Part shown: positions 47,201-55,875 of the stretch, piece after piece | How the letters are laid out: every line of letters begins with the position of its first letter | Numbering within the stretch: position 1 is the stretch's first letter | Source of the DNA: a virus | Length of the DNA stretch: 64,000 nt | IMG/VR virus record: IMGVR_UViG_3300014202_000802 | Strand: one strand, 5' to 3' | Position numbers and translations under genes: made by a program | Notes under the pieces: model-generated | The model's database searches: none | Told to the model about the DNA's origin: nothing | What the model saw: only the letters and a program-made list of their open reading frames with translations

Positions 47201-50200
47201 AAACCTGCTGAACTCAGGAAACAGGCTGAAAATCTTTACGGTAAAAACGCGGCTTATGTAACTGAATTATCATATTTAAGTCCAAAGGGCAAGACTTTTA
47301 CAATGCTTGTTTCACTAAATAAGAGTGAGGATAAGGCGCAGCAAAACAGGGTATCGGATATTGCGAGCTGGGTAGGTAATATCCGCAGGCTGTTTGAAAC
47401 GGAAATATCAGACAAACATGAAAACGAGATGTTCGACTGGCTGATGCGCGAGAATAATTACAAAGGCATAAAAAATAAAACTGATTTCAGGGATAAGGTC
47501 AAAACCATAGTTGAGCGTTATGATTTTAACAGGAATGAACCTTTAAATTTGCCGGAAGATCAGCTGTTAAGCAATGCCGAAAAGGAATACAGGCGTAAGG
47601 TTGCATCACTTGAAACTGAAATTAAAGAAGCTAAGGCCCGGGAAAAAGAAGAGAACCGTAACCTTGTTAAGCGCAAAGTTGATAAAAAGGATATCACCAA
47701 TGACGATATAAACCGGATGATACAGCCTATGCGCGATAGTATTATTCAGCTTGAGGAAGAACTCATTGAGCTGAAAAAGCAGGAAGGCAAATATAAAGAA
47801 GCGGGTGAGGGTGAAATTGGACTCTTCGGGCCTGCAACGCCTCCAAAAAAAGAGGGATTTGCTGAAGGTCAGAGCAAGATCAACCAGGTTAAAGATGAAA
47901 TCGATGACATTGAAGCGGAGATAATAAAAAAACTTGGAAAGCTGAAAACGGGATATGACCCGGAATTGGCATTGCTTACCGGAAAATTAGTTACTAAATA
48001 TGTGCAGTTAGGATTTTATAAGTTAGAGGCGCTTACGCGGGAATTCATCAGGAAGGGGATGGAAAAACTTCTTCCGTATCTGCGTGAGGCTTATGTGAAA
48101 TTAAGAACCGATGATAGTTTATCACCGGCAATTATAAATTCATTAGACGATGAACAAACAACCAACAGATTCGACCCCGAAAGATTCAACAGCAGCCTCA
48201 GTGAAGCTGAAAGAGAATCAATACAGGGGGGATCTCCCGTTCCTAGAACAGATCGAGGAGAAAGCGGAGCAGGACGACCAGCTTTACGATATGCTAACCA
48301 ACGAAATTTACCCGATGCTGGACAAAGAGTTCCTGTAGGCAAATATGAAGTTGATGAGCATCAGCGTTACGGGATAAACTTAGCTTTAGACAGGTTCCTT
48401 GATAACCTGGGCAGGGGATTTGGATTATTTGATGGTACAGGTGTTGGCAAGACCAGGCAGGAGCTTGTAATAGCCAAGGAAATCAAGAAGGCTAAACCCG
48501 ATCTCCCGGTACTGATAATAACTGATTCAAACAGGGTAGTGAAGAAAAATTTCACTCCCGAAGCACGGCAATTAAACATTGCCCTTACAGACTTTGAAAT
48601 AGGCACATACAGCGATTTACGCGCAGGCAAGATAGGCAAAGCCCCGAAGTACGGGCTTGTTGTTTATGATGAAGCGCATAACCTGAAAAACGCAGGCACG
48701 GGTAAAACCGAGGCAGCGCGTGATATTAAGGCGGATCATATTTTATTCGGCACGGCAACACCGATGGACAGAATCGTGAGCGCGCTTTACTTTCTACATG
48801 AGTTGAGTGATGTTGATATGAAGCTGCTTGCTGAAAAAATTGGTGTGAATATAAGCTATCAGCAGGATATGTTCGGCAAGGCTGAAATCCCGATCATTGA
48901 GCCCAAAGAAGGTGTATCCGAGAAGCAGGTAATAGCCAATGTTATAGGCCTGCGCAACAAAGCTATAGAGAACGGCGCTATGATAAGGCGCGAGTATCCG
49001 TTCTTCGGTAAGGTTGAAAGAATGGAAGTGCAGATGACTTCTGAAGATATTGAACGCCAGGACACTATAAGCGAGTACTGGCAAAACAGGATAAAGAAGG
49101 TCTGGAAACGCGGCGACCTTACAAAAGCCGAGAAGATACAAAAAGCCATGAACATTGGCGGTATAAGGAAAGCTGAACTTGAAGCGCTTACCGAAAGCGG
49201 CAAAGCCAAGGCAGTGTTTGCGAAAATAGAAAAAGACCTTGCTGAAGGCAGAAGTGTTATAGTCGCAACCGATCTTGTAGAAAGCACGACCATAAACAGC
49301 ATAGGGCTTGATGTAATGAGCGCGCTGGATCAAATAAAGGAAATGCTTGATGAAGCCGGGGTAAAATACGGCGAGTTATACGGCGGCGAAGCAAAACGAA
49401 ACCTTAAAGGTATAAATGATTTCAACGATGGTTCCGTAAAAGTTTTACTGATGACACAAAAGACCGGCGGAGTTGGTATAAATCTTGATGATACCAAAGG
49501 TGATGCGCCGAGAAGTATGTATATTTTAAGTCCGAGCCATAGCGGCGATGTATTCCAGCAAGTATTGGGCAGGATAAGCAGAAGAAATACACTGACCGAA
49601 AGTATGGTTCATCTGGTATTTATGCCGCAGGCGGTACGCGACCAGGCGCGAAGGAATATAGTTGAACGCAAATTGCGGACACTTCATGCTATCCAAGAAG
49701 GCGAGGATATGGATGAACAGACTGTTGAGACAACACGGCAGGATGTACGGTTTCAGAAAAGCGGAAAACCCATACAAATAAGATTTCAATTAGATTTTGG
49801 CGCTAACAGGATCACAATTCTCAAAGCGTTAAAATCCGAAGAAGCGCGGTTAAAGGAGATGCTGGTAACTACTCCGTTTGAACTTGGTGACAGCAGATAT
49901 TCCAGGTTACAGAAAAAAGTTGGTGAAACACAGGCGGAAATAAAACGTCTTGAACAGGAAATAGCCGGAATGAAACCCATAGAGAACGAGTTGGGTGATG
50001 ACCAGTTATCGATGTTCCAGCATGAAGGTTACACCCGCGCTACAAAAGATTACCTTTACGCTTTATCGAAAAAACTTAATGAAGCATTCCCCGGGATAGA
50101 AGTTGTGATGCAGAGCACGGAGGAAATGCTTGAAACTCTGAAGGGTATAGGTTATTATTTTACAACTGAATCAGTACCGTTTGGGTTTAAAGGTCCGGAT

Positions 50201-53200
50201 AACCGCGTATATATCAACGAGGACAGGGCGGGATTAGATACCCCGATACATGAATTCGGTCATATCTGGTTAAGGTGGGCTGAATTATTTAAGCCGGTTC
50301 TTTACAGCGAAGGACTGAGGCTTGCCGCTAAGGATGAAGCATTAATAAAAGAGATCAAGCTGAAATATCCCGAATATGAAGATGGTTCAGTTGAGCAGAT
50401 GGAAGAAGTCCTTGCTACTGCTATTGGCAGGAACGGCATCGGTATGTATGAGGGAATGGCTGAGCGCGAGAAGCTGACAGAAGGCTTTGTGGACTGGTTA
50501 AAGCGGTTATGGAATAAAATCAAAGAAGCGATCGGTGCGGTGCAGGGTATGACTTTGCGCGGGTTCACAGAGAATGCGGCTAAGGATATGCTTTCCGGCA
50601 GGGAGATAACTGATGCAACGAGCCTTGAACTTGAAACCATGTGGCAGTCACGGAATCTGGGTTTACAGAAGTTTCAAAAAGGTGAAACAAAGCAAACGGA
50701 GTTAATTACAAGGATTGAAGATGCACTGAATCGCTGGGATAATGGCGAGTTCACTGATCAAGATGTGATTGAAGAAACTGCTACAGCGCTGGATATTGAG
50801 GTATCTGACGGTATTGAGGGAGTTGCTGAGCTTGAAAGTGAGATCAGGGAATATCAGTCTGAATTACGCGAAGATTTTGAAGAAGATGGCGGCAGGGGCG
50901 ATTCCGGTACTACCGCTGAGAAGCTTGTTACAAAAATACAGGAATTTGTAAGTAAGGATGGTAAAAATAAAAACGAAGTAGTTAAAAAAAATAATCTGAT
51001 CTTTGAGGATGGGAAAAGAATTGATTTAGAGGATATAATACCTGATGATGCAATGGATATTTTCAACCAAAGATTTTGGGGATTATCCGGTGTTAAAGTG
51101 CCCAAGAAAATGTATGGAAAAACTAAATTTAAAGACTTTGTTGATTTCATTGAAAGCTATGGAATTGGTGATGATGTATTTTTAGAATCAACAATTGCCT
51201 TGCGGAAATTAGGTTATCGTGAATTAGGCGATATGTTATTAACCGCTAAAGGTATGAAACTTAAAGAAACTAAGGCACTTCCTGAAGGGAAATTTACAAA
51301 TGATATACGGTTCCATAAATCCGCGATACCCGAAACAAGCCTTTATGTCAGGAAAAACGGAACGTTGAGCAATAAAGTATTTGATGCGAACACTGCAAAA
51401 CTCATAAGAGTGGGCGCGAGTGTCATTCAGGATAATGGATTAACCGACAGTAAAAAGGAAATAATCGAAGAATTCGGCAAGCTGATAAACGGGTTATTCA
51501 CCAATGCGCGGAAACCTTTTGCATTGAACAATGAGCAGATGGTTAAGCTCTACGATGCCTCAATGAAATTTCTAAACGAAAAGATCACCGAAAGGCAGCA
51601 GAAACAAAAAGCAGCTGAACGTTCTGATTCAAAAATAAGGGCATTACTTGGTGAAGATGATAATTTCAAAGACAGAACGGTTTATGATGCCACAATGAAT
51701 ATCGGCGGCAAGATACTTGACCTTGTAACGCTCAGAGGGGCAGATAATTTTTTTAAAAAGTTTATAGGTGATACAATATGGGAAGAAGAGAAAAAACTTT
51801 TTATGAGTATCCCGTGGATGAAGCGAGCATTCGATCAGTTTGGTTTTGTGCCGGACAGTGAGCAGTTCCGTGCATTATGGCGCGAGATGTCAAGGGGCGC
51901 GAGCCATTACAGCCAGATAGCTAAAGAGATGGCTGATTCACTTTACTTCAGGGATTTAAAGCGTAAACATCCGTATTTATTCATCGAGCAGCAGTTACTT
52001 GCAAGGATGATAAAGGGCGAAACCCCGGTAAACGGTAAGATCACGATTCAGCCCACAGTAAAGAACGGACTGCAGGCCCCGCTTGTGCTGGATATGACCG
52101 AGCTGAAGGAACGCGCTGAGCGTGTTCGAAAACTTCAGGATGAGATGAAAAAACTTGGAGAGCTTTACGAGGTTCTGCCGGTTGAAACCTACAACACAAA
52201 ATTACCGCGTAAACGTATTGCATGGCTACTGAACTTCAAGGCGGATCTTGAAAAGATGCTTGAAAAAGGCGAGGGCAAAATAAAATGGCAGGACAGCAAG
52301 GGGAATAGTACTGATCTTGTTTTCAAGTCACCGGAGGCCATACAGGAACGCATAGAGAGCACTGACAAACAGGTTAAGAATTCATTCAAACGAGGCGGCG
52401 AGGGATATTTCAAAAGGGTTTATTTAACCAAAGAGCAGGAACGTTTAACCAAAAAATACGGAATCACAAAACCGACAAGGCTCGACCTGACGGCGGCTAT
52501 TCACAGGGAAGATATCGATCTTGCGGACAGGGTTAAGATGGGCGAGATACTGACGGCGGCTTATCCCGTGGCTAAATCAATTTTACTTACAGGCAAGGAT
52601 ATATCGATAGGCGGATTTTTTGAAGGGATCGCGGAGAATCCGGCTTGGGCGAGTGATGTTACGGCCGAGGGCTGGATAAAAGCAGGTGACAATAAGAAGC
52701 TGGGTAAACTTGCTAATATGTGGGTACATCCCGAGGTATGGGATATTGTGAACGAAACGGTTGAAATAAACAGCACTGATTATGCGGATAAGTTTATGCG
52801 GCAATTAACAGGTATGTGGAAGCAGACTAAGGTTGTGATGAATCCACCGACAGTTATGCGTAACTTTTACACAAACAGTATTATGCTTGATTACAGCGGG
52901 GTAAACCCGGTTCATCAAATGCGGCTGTTACCGCAGGCGCTTGATGAAATAAGAGGCAAGGGTAAGTATTCCCGTGAAATGGATTACATCAGGGGGTCAA
53001 CATTTGTGACGGCTGAAATGGAGAAGTTTCTGGATGAGTTCAAAGTCTATGACAGCAAGCAGCAGGCACAGGACCGGTGGAAGAGTTTACCGACGGGTGA
53101 AAAGTTCCTGAAGGTGATGAGTAAAGCCACTCTTGCGGGCACCAAGGTTGGAATGAAGGCTGCGGACTTTTATAAATTCGCCGAGGTATTATTCAAAACC

Positions 53201-54829
53201 GTAAAGTTCCTGCACGGCAAAGAAAAGGGCATGACCAATACAGAGGCTATTGATGAAGCGCAGAAATGGCTTTATGATTACGAGGATATCCCGAAATGGG
53301 TACGGAGTATGCGGCAGAGCTGGTGGGGTATGCCGTTTGCAACATGGAGTTACAAGACCATGCCGCGTGTGATCGAAGCAGCGGTAACAAGGCCACTGAC
53401 TTTCGCGAAGTATTATTTTATAATCAAAGGGGTGATGGAGTACGCGCTTTCGCAGCTGAGCATATCGCCGGAGGAATGGGAAGAGATATACGCTAATTTA
53501 CCTGATAGAATGAGGCAGGGACAGTGGCTGCTTCTTCCGTACAGGGATGATAACGGCAATTTACAGACGCTTGACCTGACTTATATAATGCCTTTCAGCG
53601 ATCTTTATAAAATGGGTTTAACCGCTGTTACTCTTGCGACAACAGGCGAAACCGCAACAGGTGATGATGTTCTGACTTCACTTGCTACACTGATGGGTAA
53701 TCCCGTATTCACCATGAGCGCCGAGATAGGCGCAAATATAAGCCGGTACACCAAGCGGCCTATCTGGAAAGAAACGGACACACCCGGGGTAAGGATGCAG
53801 AAAACCTTTGATTACATGTATAAATTATGGCTGCCAAGCTGGTATCCTGAAGTACCGGGCATGACACGGGGCGGGTATGTTTACGATAAATTAAGATCCG
53901 CAATAACCAAGCGGCCGGATTATTACGGCAGGGTATCGGATATAATGCCTGCGCTCTTCAGTACAGCGGGTTTGAAAATAACCCCGGTTGATGTTGGCAA
54001 GAACATAGATGATAAAATTAAGCGTAACACTGCAAATATCCTTGAGCTGCAGAAGGATAAGCAGATGGTTCTGAGGGACCAGTCAATAACCCGTGAGGAA
54101 CGTGTAAGGAAAACTGACGAGATCGACAACCGGATAAGGTTATTAACGGAAGAAAACACGGAACATGAAACCCGCCAGGAGCCAAAAACAATGGCAGAGC
54201 AGCTTATGGATAAGTATATCAGGGGGCTTGAACGGCAGAAATCAGAGGAAGAGGATGACGATAAAAAGCAGAAATTGCAGAAAGAGATCAATAATCTGAA
54301 AATTGACCTTGACCTGCTGCGTGATTACAGGTACAGCGAGAATCAGCCCGGGTTTGATGAAGTGAAGCAGGATGTATTCAGAACCAAGGTGAACTATACC
54401 AAGCTGTTTGACGGGCTTAACAGGCAGTTAAAAGAGGCTATCCGTGAAAAGGACGATATAAAAACAGGGGAACTGAAGAAATTTATCGAGGATCTTTCCG
54501 GTGAGCAAGATGCTCCGAAACAGGGGCGTGATATGGCCGTGGAAAAGATAAAGCGCTGGGACGGGGAAATGGGCTTTTTGCGAAGCGTTGAGGACTTGAA
54601 TGATAAATACCGCGAATACGGGCTGAAACAGCCTAATGGCAAAGATTACAGGTATAAACTTTCAGATACGGAGCAGAAAAATTTAAAGATCGATAATGTT
54701 CGCTGGCGCAGGCTGCTCAGGGACCGCAAGAACGATCTGCGTGAACAGCGCCGGAAGGGTAAAATTGATCACAGTATGATGCTTGAGCAGATGGAATCGA
54801 TCGATAAACTCTTAGGGGATACACAGTAA
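44261..54829 (+). CDS. Giant polyvalent ejection protein (3522 aa): Gly/Ala-rich helices, ParB-like domain, Strawberry-notch-type SF2 helicase, HExxH zincin-like domain, helical C-terminus
   Basis: 'PPIQV...LLAGHSR' (about 47000); Walker A 'DGTGVGKT' (48431); 'YDEAH'; 'TATP'; 'QVLGRISR'; 'PIHEFGH' (50249). Confidence 0.85.
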   Translation: MAVLDKYKSLTRESLLKDKDDKKRQKVRERLLQDKIKAVEDFNKIHLEFILPNVFKVGEGIEALKEKERKDLTTEPTKKVESLAKTGELPGVVLKNRFQETADRLAGEEMLEREKETATQQFRQRSTIGKLFDRDKETSGTGDGMDYRYGFQNQPSGDYPGVNLVTKEDIEKQKSGEEQISAIMNKNIAEKLKKNVNDYFGKFGIKKEDIESTAKKHKVTYDIAGQIAYEESKKKEIPGIGEIFQDITSGKVKDGFNKFSNAFNVMTKDFNSSLAMFGSSIIQGITYAGDKDNPISWINPLGKVTQYLTDLGMEKIGLDVEGNNIETKKYLAEVRDKVNKWASDIGSQEEYQEYISRPYMQGAGSMVGFILTTALSRGLNLTHGSAASIFGALSTAGSMAYDTEKQTGDIDKAYLSFLAGLPLGATERFGIGKLFGDIDAMTGGSIKTIFKIAGREALEEFIQEGGQTFGEATFQNYITGSKRDALREAMENALIAAPLAFLFAGGTGVGMRTGVKVFNSIKDRIKKEKPKTDAPVYTPATEKIISAVKEKLKTEKPKVTKKPETVEKVEIEGVDEAISDLGLTKVKDENKGSQKTVEVTKEDVDKLKTSLVNIATTGEGVSLEGITKARELADKSKDLFTTEQSKEIAEFIDGLNKKLKEKPKTLTEQQAENQEFLTKNKEKAGKTIDEIYPEETGISAKDLTDDELKSEHRDYENRLDKLDEKQGKMPDKEFERYLDLQGEMITRGFVKTKETEKPKTLITQAEQDEIDQIEAFPENTAEGLNKKIAFAEKMLDPDRIKNLRQLDPKDADKVVKNWTGKLDQYKRKLESLKPENTEKVTDKTGVKSTEGFVEVELTAITKDLKNYQGRQGEEYSDQTFNRIVNEHKEGKLIRSAIPPIQVFVRENGKMELLAGHSRLAAWQELAKSNKDFKTIPTQFLRESEGVTFEQAQKIAQESNQGAVQKDTDNAVYFRKLRGKLKPAELRKQAENLYGKNAAYVTELSYLSPKGKTFTMLVSLNKSEDKAQQNRVSDIASWVGNIRRLFETEISDKHENEMFDWLMRENNYKGIKNKTDFRDKVKTIVERYDFNRNEPLNLPEDQLLSNAEKEYRRKVASLETEIKEAKAREKEENRNLVKRKVDKKDITNDDINRMIQPMRDSIIQLEEELIELKKQEGKYKEAGEGEIGLFGPATPPKKEGFAEGQSKINQVKDEIDDIEAEIIKKLGKLKTGYDPELALLTGKLVTKYVQLGFYKLEALTREFIRKGMEKLLPYLREAYVKLRTDDSLSPAIINSLDDEQTTNRFDPERFNSSLSEAERESIQGGSPVPRTDRGESGAGRPALRYANQRNLPDAGQRVPVGKYEVDEHQRYGINLALDRFLDNLGRGFGLFDGTGVGKTRQELVIAKEIKKAKPDLPVLIITDSNRVVKKNFTPEARQLNIALTDFEIGTYSDLRAGKIGKAPKYGLVVYDEAHNLKNAGTGKTEAARDIKADHILFGTATPMDRIVSALYFLHELSDVDMKLLAEKIGVNISYQQDMFGKAEIPIIEPKEGVSEKQVIANVIGLRNKAIENGAMIRREYPFFGKVERMEVQMTSEDIERQDTISEYWQNRIKKVWKRGDLTKAEKIQKAMNIGGIRKAELEALTESGKAKAVFAKIEKDLAEGRSVIVATDLVESTTINSIGLDVMSALDQIKEMLDEAGVKYGELYGGEAKRNLKGINDFNDGSVKVLLMTQKTGGVGINLDDTKGDAPRSMYILSPSHSGDVFQQVLGRISRRNTLTESMVHLVFMPQAVRDQARRNIVERKLRTLHAIQEGEDMDEQTVETTRQDVRFQKSGKPIQIRFQLDFGANRITILKALKSEEARLKEMLVTTPFELGDSRYSRLQKKVGETQAEIKRLEQEIAGMKPIENELGDDQLSMFQHEGYTRATKDYLYALSKKLNEAFPGIEVVMQSTEEMLETLKGIGYYFTTESVPFGFKGPDNRVYINEDRAGLDTPIHEFGHIWLRWAELFKPVLYSEGLRLAAKDEALIKEIKLKYPEYEDGSVEQMEEVLATAIGRNGIGMYEGMAEREKLTEGFVDWLKRLWNKIKEAIGAVQGMTLRGFTENAAKDMLSGREITDATSLELETMWQSRNLGLQKFQKGETKQTELITRIEDALNRWDNGEFTDQDVIEETATALDIEVSDGIEGVAELESEIREYQSELREDFEEDGGRGDSGTTAEKLVTKIQEFVSKDGKNKNEVVKKNNLIFEDGKRIDLEDIIPDDAMDIFNQRFWGLSGVKVPKKMYGKTKFKDFVDFIESYGIGDDVFLESTIALRKLGYRELGDMLLTAKGMKLKETKALPEGKFTNDIRFHKSAIPETSLYVRKNGTLSNKVFDANTAKLIRVGASVIQDNGLTDSKKEIIEEFGKLINGLFTNARKPFALNNEQMVKLYDASMKFLNEKITERQQKQKAAERSDSKIRALLGEDDNFKDRTVYDATMNIGGKILDLVTLRGADNFFKKFIGDTIWEEEKKLFMSIPWMKRAFDQFGFVPDSEQFRALWREMSRGASHYSQIAKEMADSLYFRDLKRKHPYLFIEQQLLARMIKGETPVNGKITIQPTVKNGLQAPLVLDMTELKERAERVRKLQDEMKKLGELYEVLPVETYNTKLPRKRIAWLLNFKADLEKMLEKGEGKIKWQDSKGNSTDLVFKSPEAIQERIESTDKQVKNSFKRGGEGYFKRVYLTKEQERLTKKYGITKPTRLDLTAAIHREDIDLADRVKMGEILTAAYPVAKSILLTGKDISIGGFFEGIAENPAWASDVTAEGWIKAGDNKKLGKLANMWVHPEVWDIVNETVEINSTDYADKFMRQLTGMWKQTKVVMNPPTVMRNFYTNSIMLDYSGVNPVHQMRLLPQALDEIRGKGKYSREMDYIRGSTFVTAEMEKFLDEFKVYDSKQQAQDRWKSLPTGEKFLKVMSKATLAGTKVGMKAADFYKFAEVLFKTVKFLHGKEKGMTNTEAIDEAQKWLYDYEDIPKWVRSMRQSWWGMPFATWSYKTMPRVIEAAVTRPLTFAKYYFIIKGVMEYALSQLSISPEEWEEIYANLPDRMRQGQWLLLPYRDDNGNLQTLDLTYIMPFSDLYKMGLTAVTLATTGETATGDDVLTSLATLMGNPVFTMSAEIGANISRYTKRPIWKETDTPGVRMQKTFDYMYKLWLPSWYPEVPGMTRGGYVYDKLRSAITKRPDYYGRVSDIMPALFSTAGLKITPVDVGKNIDDKIKRNTANILELQKDKQMVLRDQSITREERVRKTDEIDNRIRLLTEENTEHETRQEPKTMAEQLMDKYIRGLERQKSEEEDDDKKQKLQKEINNLKIDLDLLRDYRYSENQPGFDEVKQDVFRTKVNYTKLFDGLNRQLKEAIREKDDIKTGELKKFIEDLSGEQDAPKQGRDMAVEKIKRWDGEMGFLRSVEDLNDKYREYGLKQPNGKDYRYKLSDTEQKNLKIDNVRWRRLLRDRKNDLREQRRKGKIDHSMMLEQMESIDKLLGDTQ

Positions 54830-54857
54830 AGAGGTTGTTTTTTATAAATTATATTTG
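54813..54857 (+). promoter_or_regulatory. Putative late promoter PL4 (GGGGATACAC-N25-TATATTTG)
   Basis: Motif ends 54824; box 54850-54857. Confidence 0.7.
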
Positions 54858-54864
54858 AATAACA

Positions 54865-55158
54865 ATGGAAAGCCAAATTTTAAAACAAGTTGCAAAAAAC
54901 ACAGGGAAACTTGTGAAACTGATGAAGCCGCCGCTCAAAGTCAAATACGATGAGCCTTCAATGCGGAAAACTTACGGCAATCTTAATCTTGAGGACAAGG
55001 AAATCCCGAAGGGTTTCGAACCTGAGCTTAATGATGAAATTGAAATTACTGTAAAAGTTCGGGTATCGGAACTTTCGGCATCGGAATATAACGACAGGAA
55101 AAAATGCATCAGAATGGAAATTTTAGAAGTATCAGATTGGGAAGGGAATGAATCATGA
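54865..55158 (+). CDS. Small beta-rich hypothetical protein
   Basis: 97 aa; first gene after PL4. Confidence 0.6.
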   Translation: MESQILKQVAKNTGKLVKLMKPPLKVKYDEPSMRKTYGNLNLEDKEIPKGFEPELNDEIEITVKVRVSELSASEYNDRKKCIRMEILEVSDWEGNES

Positions 55159-55349
55159 AAATCGATTACGGCAGAATGGTAAACCTTAACAAGATGCGCA
55201 AACCGCACAGGCCCAACAATGTAAAGGGCAGTGTTGAGGCTAATAGTCCACATAACACAGGCAAAAAAAAGAGCAAGGGTAAGTTTGAGCGGTGCGTAAT
55301 GCCTTTGAAGCATCCACAGGATGCTTCGCATAAATCAGGAATTTCTTAA
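55155..55349 (+). CDS. Small basic hypothetical protein
   Basis: ATGA coupling. Confidence 0.5.
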   Translation: MKIDYGRMVNLNKMRKPHRPNNVKGSVEANSPHNTGKKKSKGKFERCVMPLKHPQDASHKSGIS

Positions 55350-55365
55350 TTATAATAACATAAAA

Positions 55366-55875
55366 ATGAAATTATACCAAATATTTATAATTATTGTCAT
55401 AGCACTGGCAGCTTTGACTGAGCCGGGGGTGAATAAAAATCATTTATCCGCGGATACGATCAGTATGACCACGTCGAGTGGCGGCGAATCATTTATGGAG
55501 ATGGACACACTGGAATCAGGGACCGGTGACGATTCTCTTTTCCACATAAAGAATCTGAAGAAATATTGGGATGAAATAGGGTGGTCATTTACCCAACTGG
55601 ATACCAACGGGCTTCAGGCGGGCGGTTCACCGAACCAAATTGTCATAGAAACCAAGGATCCGAAAAGCGGGCGCTGGAGCATAGTAGGGTTGATCTCTAT
55701 AACGTATCCGACAGCGGACAGCATAAAGCAGACGGTAACTCTGTTGAGTGACGGTACCACAATGGAATTCGGGCAGTTCAAAACAGGCGATGATGACCTG
55801 CGGGCGCGGATAGTTAATACAGGTTACAATAATACACGCAGGATACTTGTAACCTGCAAGGGGTTAAAGCGTTGA
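55366..55875 (+). CDS. Beta-rich protein with signal-peptide-like N-terminus
   Basis: 'MKLYQIFIIIVIALAAL'. Confidence 0.65.
   Translation: MKLYQIFIIIVIALAALTEPGVNKNHLSADTISMTTSSGGESFMEMDTLESGTGDDSLFHIKNLKKYWDEIGWSFTQLDTNGLQAGGSPNQIVIETKDPKSGRWSIVGLISITYPTADSIKQTVTLLSDGTTMEFGQFKTGDDDLRARIVNTGYNNTRRILVTCKGLKR

Noticed and set aside
44261-54829. Tape-measure protein or virion RNA polymerase
   Set aside because: No tail tube or sheath genes accompany it, and no DxDxD polymerase motif in an RNAP-like context was recognised; the helicase and zincin motifs fit a polyvalent ejection protein.
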